Of a stretch of 64,000 nt of DNA, positions 57,953-64,000 are shown in pieces (within the stretch, counting starts at the first letter, position 1; each line of letters starts with the position of its first letter). This DNA is from Malacoraja senta. Lineage: Eukaryota. The stretch lies in the NCBI GenBank assembly GCA_038087875.1, contig CM075989.1, positions 6,014,001-6,078,000 of the forward strand, given 5' to 3'. The notes under the pieces were generated by a model that made no database searches, was not told the origin of the DNA, and was given only the letters and a program-made list of their open reading frames with translations. The translations under genes were made by a program, and so were the position numbers.

Positions 57953-58676
57953 AATCACAATCACAATCACACAATCACAATGATAATTAGCCAAGTATGT
58001 TTTGCAACATACGAGGAATTTCATTTGCCAAGTCAGTCATACGAATAAAAAGCAACAGAACACACAAAATACATTTTAACATAAACATCCACCACAGTGA
58101 CTCCTCCACATTGCTCACCGTAATGGAAGGCGAAAAAAAGTTCATTCTCTTCCCTTAGCTCACCTGTGGCCTGGGGCCTCGAGCCCTCCGTTGACAGAAC
58201 TATCTTGACTCCGGCGTTTTGGGCCCTCCCCATCGGGGCGATCCAGCCCCTGCATCGGGGGGGGGGGGTGTCAGCTCCCCCGCGCCGGTGATCAAACCCC
58301 GCGTCGAGGCTGGTCGAGCCTCTGCATTCGTCGGAGCTCCCGACTAGCCTCTCCCGAGACTGCGAGCTCTTGAGGTTAAGGCCGCAGGCAAGGGATCAGC
58401 TCCAATGTTCAGCAGCCAGCAGTGGGGCCCAAGGTCAGTCCGAGGAGGCCTCCAGCTCCATCAATGGTAGGCCGCAGAGCGACCGGAGAATACAATCTGA
58501 AAATCGCATCTCCGGCAAGGTAAGAAACTGAGAAAAAAAATCCCCCCGACCCACCCCCCCCCCCTCCTCCCACATAAAACAAACCGGAGAACATTTACAC
58601 AAACTTACACAAACGCACAATTTATTTTTTTTAAGACGAAAAAACAAACGTTGGCGGGACTGCCAACCCTGGTGGT
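57953..58676 (-). mobile_element. GC-rich non-autonomous retroposon
   Basis: Colinear with 41028-41830; (TGATTG)n tail; splits a hammerhead motif. Confidence 0.75.
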
Positions 58677-59046
58677 AAAAAGGGTCTGCACCCAAAAATT
58701 CACCTATTCCTTTTCTGCAGAGATGCTGCCTGATCTGCTGAGTTACTCCTGCATTTTTGTCAACCTTTTGTAGAAGCTGCAGATGCTGATTTATACCAGA
58801 GATAGACACAAAGTGCTGGAGTAACTCAGTGGGTCAGCCAGCATCTCTGGAGAAAAATGATAGCTGGCATTTAGGGTCGGGACTGAAGAAGAGTCTCAGT
58901 TTCAGAGTGTCAGTCGGAAGAAGGGACCCGACCCGAGACATCACGTATCCTTTTCCTCCAGAGATGCTGTCTGACCCATTGGGTTACTCCAGCACTTTGT
59001 GCCTATCTATGGATAAATAGTTATTGTTACTTCTCTCAGAGGTCAC

Positions 59047-59345
59047 TTTAGTTTAGTTTAGTTTAGAGATACAGCGCGGAAACAGGCCCTTCCGCCCACC
59101 GTGTCCCCGCCGACCAGCGATCCCCGCACATGAACACTACCCAACACACACTCAGGACAATTTTACATTGATACCAAGCCAATTAACCTGTACGTCTTTG
59201 GAGTGTGGGAGGTAACCAAAGATCTCGGAGAAAAACCCACGCAGGTCACGGGGAGAACGTACAGACAAGCACCCGTAGTCAGGATGGAACCCTGGTCTCA
59301 GGCATTGTAAGGCAGTAGTTCTACCACTGCGCCACCATGCCGCCC
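59047..59345 (-). mobile_element. V-SINE
   Basis: Match to the other copies. Confidence 0.9.
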
Positions 59346-60198
59346 AGTCTTGTAGTTGGAAGCCAAGCTGCAATGCCAACTCACTGTTATTCAGCGCGTA
59401 GCATATGACAGCCCAGCTGAACCTTAGCATCACAATTCAGTGCGATCCAGTGGGCAAGTTAATTGTGTAACTCTCAGCGCTAGAACATCCCAGATTTGCC
59501 CTACTTATCGAGGAATGCTTGGATAGGTTTAGTGGCTATTTGAAACTGGCCATCCTAGTGTAAAACAGGAGGATATCCCATAAAAATGAGTTTCCCAAGT
59601 AGCAAAGAGAATACAGTAAAACACACGCATCCACTTTCACAGAATTGCTCGGCATTATCTCTCTGCTCTCCTCGAATCTGTTCGCTTTTATGCCAGAATT
59701 ATTCTGTTCAAAGGCTGATATTATCTGAGGCGTGTTTAGTCTTCCATTCTAGATTAACTACCGAGGCTGCAGGCATGATCACACGTTTCCCTTGACCGCA
59801 GATGTGATGCCAAGTTGTGGTTTTGATGAAGTCTTGATGATCTGAAAGCACTGATTCCACAATCGCACTCTATATTTTAATCATTAGTCAAGCTATTTGA
59901 ATTTTATTGCATGATAAATTGAGACGTTGTGCAGTGTTTATCTTTGATATATTGTTCAAAGGCTGAGATACAAAGCCTGCTTTAGTCATGATGCTTTCCG
60001 TTAATGTTTCAGACTGCAAACAACATAATCTTCAATAGCTATAAACGTCCATGGCCTATTTTACTTCACTGAAGAAGCCAAGATAATTCCACAGTAAAGT
60101 TAACTCTGATTCTCAGCTGCTTCATCAGCCAACTGATATTTCCATATCTTCTTATCTTCCTTTCAATCAAAATGATTTATAATTTTCTTATTATTATT

Positions 60199-60470
60199 TG
60201 GTGGCGCAGCAGTAGAGTTGCTGCCTTACAGCGCCAGAGACCCGGGTTCAATCCTGACTACGGGTGCTGTCTGTACGGACTTTGTGTGTTCTCCCGGTGA
60301 CTACTTCGGTTTGCCCTGGGAGCTCTGGTTTCCTCCCACATTCCAAAGACGTACAGGTTTGTAGGTTAATTGGCTTTGGTAAAGATCATAAATTGTCCCT
60401 CGTGTGTAGGGTAGTGCCAGTGTATGGGGATCGCTGGTCGGCAAGGACTCGGTGGGCTCGGTTTCCCCTC
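60199..60470 (+). mobile_element. V-SINE
   Basis: A and B boxes, V-domain. Confidence 0.88.
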
Positions 60471-60944
60471 TGCAATTGTGTAGTCCCAGGTGTGCATTGG
60501 TGCCAGTGCAGGAGATCGACAATTAGCAGCTTCCCTCACCACGGATGCCGCCTAACCTGATGAACATTTCCAGCATTGGCTATCTTCTTTCAAATTTCCA
60601 ACAGGATTTTGCTTTTGGAGTTCCATAATCCCACTGAGTGGTCTTTGTGCTTGACAGGAAATTTTGGATCAACCCAATAGCTAATTGGGAAAAGGGCAAT
60701 GCTGGTGAAATCAGAATACCTGTTCAGAGCTACAGAACAATTCCATCAGAGTATTAATGGACTATCCTGCAGCAGCCAATGCACTAGACTGCCTGCCCGT
60801 CTTCCGGGCCTATGTCCAGGCTCGTGTGTTCCTGGAGAGGGAGCACGCGGCATCCACGGGGACTCTGGAGGACTTCCGTGAATCCTGGTCGCCGCGGGGG
60901 GGAGGGGGGGCAAGTGTACTGTACATAAAGTTGACACTATTTTA

Positions 60945-61072
60945 GTCTGAAGAAGGGTCTCGACTCGAAACGTCACCTATTCCTTCGCTCCATAGATGCT
61001 GCCTCACCCGCTGAGTTTCTCCAGCATTTTTGTCTACCTTCGATTTTCCCAGCATCTGCAGTTCTTTCTTAA
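60945..61072 (+). mobile_element. 128-bp PLE terminal unit flanked by an 11-bp duplication
   Basis: ACACTATTTTA at 60934-60944 and 61073-61083; the unit begins at the hammerhead motif. Confidence 0.85.
60947..60974 (+). ncRNA. Minimal type I hammerhead ribozyme motif (PLE type)
   Basis: CTGAAGA A GGGTC TC GACTC GAAACGTC: CUGANGA and GAAA core, helix II with one G-U, palindromic ACGU, GUC cleavage triplet. Activity is not shown. Confidence 0.75.
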
Positions 61073-61495
61073 ACACTATTTTAATCTGATAACTGTTTGA
61101 TTGTAAATTGCCAACTGATTTTGTCACTACTCTGTATTTGTGTTTATTTGAATAAAAGCTCTTTGTATTTTATAAAAATAAAAATAAATAAAAAATAAAC
61201 AAATAAATAAATATATGCACGGCTTGATAAATAAATAAATAAAATGAGAAAGAAAAAGAAAAAGAAATTGAGAAAGTAATTAAGCGTGGGTATGGCTCTC
61301 AGCCAATAGTCCATTGTACACCATACAATGCCAATAAACACAGACTTTATTTAAGGAGTGGAAGACCATAAAATATAGGACATAGAACAGTACAGAAGAA
61401 AGACACAAAGTGGTGGAGTAACTCAGCAGGTCAGGCAGCATCTCTGGAGAAAAGGTTTGGGTGATGTTTCCGGTTCCTGACCTTTTTAGGACCGT

Positions 61496-61925
61496 CTTTT
61501 TTTTTTTTTTTTTAAATTTATTAGAAGTACATTACATTACAACCACATACATTAGTACTCGTCATTTATATCTTCTTACAATTAATGTACTCCATTTATT
61601 TTTTACACTAGAAAAGGAAAAGATTGAAAGAAAGAAGAAAGTGAAGGAAAAAGTGAAAGTGTAGGAAATGTGACAACAAAAAAGGACGAAGACCCTATAA
61701 GAACAAAATTAAAAACAAAAGAAAAAGAGTTAAGAAATAGACCCTAGGAGAGAAAGAGAGAGAGAAAGAGGAAAAAGAGAGAAACAAATATTTTTATGAG
61801 CATTACGTAAATGGGACATACCAACTCTTCAACTATCATCCCCCCTTACCTGACCTCAATTTTTTTTAAAGTACTTTTGCACCCTATGTTTGTAATAATT
61901 CTATAAATGCAGACCACGTCAGCAT
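61496..61925 (-). mobile_element. Probable L1 3' end
   Basis: Poly(T) and TTTATT on plus; minus strand reads LTWSAFIELLQT* before a pyrimidine-rich UTR. Confidence 0.5.
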
Positions 61926-62443
61926 TTTTTAAAGCGGAGATTGATCAGTCAGACTGGCAAATGCTCGCGGGGGAAAAGGCAGGAGAATGGGTGTGAGAAG
62001 GAAAAATAGATCGAAGGGTAGAGCAGACTCAATGGGCCAAATGGCCGATTTCTGTTCACATGTCTTACGATCCTATAATCTTCCAGTACTATTCTGTTCC
62101 ATGTTCTGTGTTCTATGGATGGTAGGTAACAAAGTTGCGTGTGATTGTCGGAGCATGCCTCAGTATAATAGGGTTAATATTGACTATGTGCAAAGGTGTA
62201 AAATGGCTGCTAATAAGTTGTCAACCCATTTTCCAAACACCCTGATTTTTATTCTTGAGGCAGCCAATAAGTTGATTGTATCTCTATGCATTATTACATG
62301 CTGACATGTCCATTCAGAATGGGCTCATCATTTCTATTTTCTCCATAATCTTTCTGTGGAGATGTGAAGTAGAAAGGTGTGGGAGGATGACTGATTGAAA
62401 TAGTTTACTCTGTGCAGAAACACAGCCCGGGACTTATATCTCA

Positions 62444-62755
62444 GTGTGAGCACCACCGGAAATTGGAGGAGCAGCCCCTCATATTCCGCTTGGGCAGTCT
62501 GCACCCTAGCGGCATAAACATTGACTTCTCCAATTTCCGGTAGCCCTTGCTGTCTCCACCACTTCTCAGCTCTCCCTCAGCCCTCGGGCTCCTCCTCTTC
62601 CTTTCTCCTTTCGGGACAAAACCCTTCTTAAAGGGTTTTGGCCCGAAACGTTGCCTATTTCCTTCGCTCCATAGATGCTGCTGCACCCGCTTAGTTTCTC
62701 CAGCGCTTTTGTCTACCTTCGATTTTCCAGCATCTGCAGTCCCTTCTTAAACATA
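62444..62755 (+). mobile_element. Penelope-like element 3' end (GIY-YIG C-terminus and terminal repeat)
   Basis: Translates EHHRKLEEQPLIFRLGSLHPSGINIDFSNFR* (stop 62541-62543), then a degenerate hammerhead and the common terminal sequence. TATATCTCA duplicated at 62435-62443 and 62756-62764. Confidence 0.85.
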
Positions 62756-62965
62756 TATATCTCACCGATCCATTGTACGGTACAAATTAATAACGAAATG
62801 CACGGTTCATGATTACCCAACAGAGCCAAATAATTACCCTGCCTTGTGTTTTAACTGCAGCTCAATAAATAATGAGTCTGCCTTGTGATGCCAGGACATT
62901 GAACTGTGTTGGATCACTACAGTCAGGCATGGTACTGACACTGCACCAGAATGAACACTTGAATC

Positions 62966-63330
62966 ACTGAACACCTCCGCTCAGTCCGCCTAGGCCTAGG
63001 ATTACGCGATCTCCCATTTGCTAAACATTTTAACTCCCCTTCCCATTCCCACACCCACCTTTCCGTCCTGGGCCTCCTCCATTGTCAGAGTGATGCCCAA
63101 TGCAAATTGGAGGAACAGCACCTCATATTTCGCTTGGGCAGCTTACACCCCGGCGGTATGAACATTGACTTCTCTAACTCTTAGTAACACTTGCTTTCCC
63201 TCTCTCTCTGTTGCTCCCCCACCCTAGTTCTCTGACAGGTTCCACTGATTAATTTTACTGATGCTACACCTCATTGTTGCCGTCCCCTCAGCCAACAATG
63301 AACCTTTCTACATTCTCCTTGAGCATCATC
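62966..63330 (+). mobile_element. Penelope-like element fragment, GIY-YIG endonuclease C-terminus
   Basis: Manual translation of 62966-63184: TEHLRSVRLGLGLRDLPFAKHFNSPSHSHTHLSVLGLLHCQSDAQCKLEEQHLIFRLGSLHPGGMNIDFSNS*. Interrupted by CR1 at about 63340; UTR-like sequence resumes at about 63800. Confidence 0.85.
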
Positions 63331-63339
63331 TGCTTTATG

Positions 63340-63790
63340 ACAATGGACAATAGGTGCAGGAGTAGGCCATTCGGCCCTTCGAGCCTGCACCGCCATTCAA
63401 TGTGATCATGGCTGATCATCCCCAATCAGTACCCTGTTCCTGCCTTCTCCCCATATACTCTGACTCCGCTATCTTTAAGAGCCCTATCTAACTCTCTCTT
63501 GAAAGTATCAGAGAACCGGCCTCCACCGCCCTCTGAGCCAGAGAATTCCACAGACTCACAACTCTCTGTGAGAAAAAGTGTTTCCTCGTCCCCGTTCTAA
63601 ATGGCTTACCCCTTATTCTTGACCTGTGGCCCCTGGTTCTGGACTCCCCGAACATCGGGAACATGTTTCCTGCCTCTAGCGTGCCCAAACCCGTAACAAT
63701 CTTGTATGTTTCAATAAGATTCCCTCTCATCCTTCTAAACCCCAGAGTGTACAAGCCCAGCCGCTCCATTCTCTCAGCATATGACAGCAT
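63340..63790 (-). mobile_element. CR1 3' fragment
   Basis: LSYAERMERLGLYTLGFRRMRGNLIETYKI...FFSQRVVSLWNSL. Confidence 0.9.
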
Positions 63791-64000
63791 TTGATTTGTC
63801 CTTTTCACTCCTTACCCTTCCATATCTCTAGTCTCCCTCTAACCCTGACTCTCATTCTGAATCCCTCTCTTCCTTGAAGCCACAATTATGCGGCAGACCT
63901 GCATGTGGACAGCGCATGGCTGCCTCTGGTCTGAACAGTGGCTGTACGGATTGCTTATCTGTAAATGATCAAGGTCCTCTGTAAGCAGATGAAATACACA

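Larger units (their letters stand above)
60785..61225 (+). mobile_element. Tx1-like (L1 clade) 3' end with A-rich tail, split by a PLE unit
   Basis: DCLPVFRAYVQARVFLEREHAASTGTLEDFRESWSPRG resembles a Tx1 ORF2 C-terminus; AATAAA at about 61151 and A-rich tail. Confidence 0.65.

Overview
Vertebrate non-coding DNA (intronic or intergenic) dominated by transposable elements. The repeat families point to a cartilaginous fish (shark/skate/ray); this is an inference from HE1-like V-SINEs and CR1/HER1-like LINEs. I recognise no host protein-coding exon, tRNA, rRNA or CRISPR array, and the long His-Thr/Cys-Val ORFs are microsatellite read-throughs. Contents: (1) one 5'-truncated CR1 LINE (6828-10210, minus) with an open RT domain and an SGNH-esterase ORF1; (2) about 20 tRNA-derived V-SINEs; (3) about 9 PIF/Harbinger-type MITEs sharing a GGCCTGTCCCAC terminus; (4) a non-autonomous Helitron; (5) Rex1, Tx1, L1 and CR1 3' fragments; (6) large TG/CA/GA microsatellites and a 200-N gap. 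Two signals stand out. First, roughly 40-45 (counted by eye) Penelope-like element (PLE) termini belong to a family carrying a minimal hammerhead ribozyme motif (CTGAAGA-stem-GAAACGTC), intact in a minority of copies, often arranged as inverted pairs and in some copies still attached to a GIY-YIG ORF end. Second, a GC-rich non-tRNA retroposon family keeps a covarying hairpin, starts with a CTCF-like motif and carries four different LINE-type 3' tails. Family names come from recognition, not database searches; coordinates of degraded repeats are approximate.
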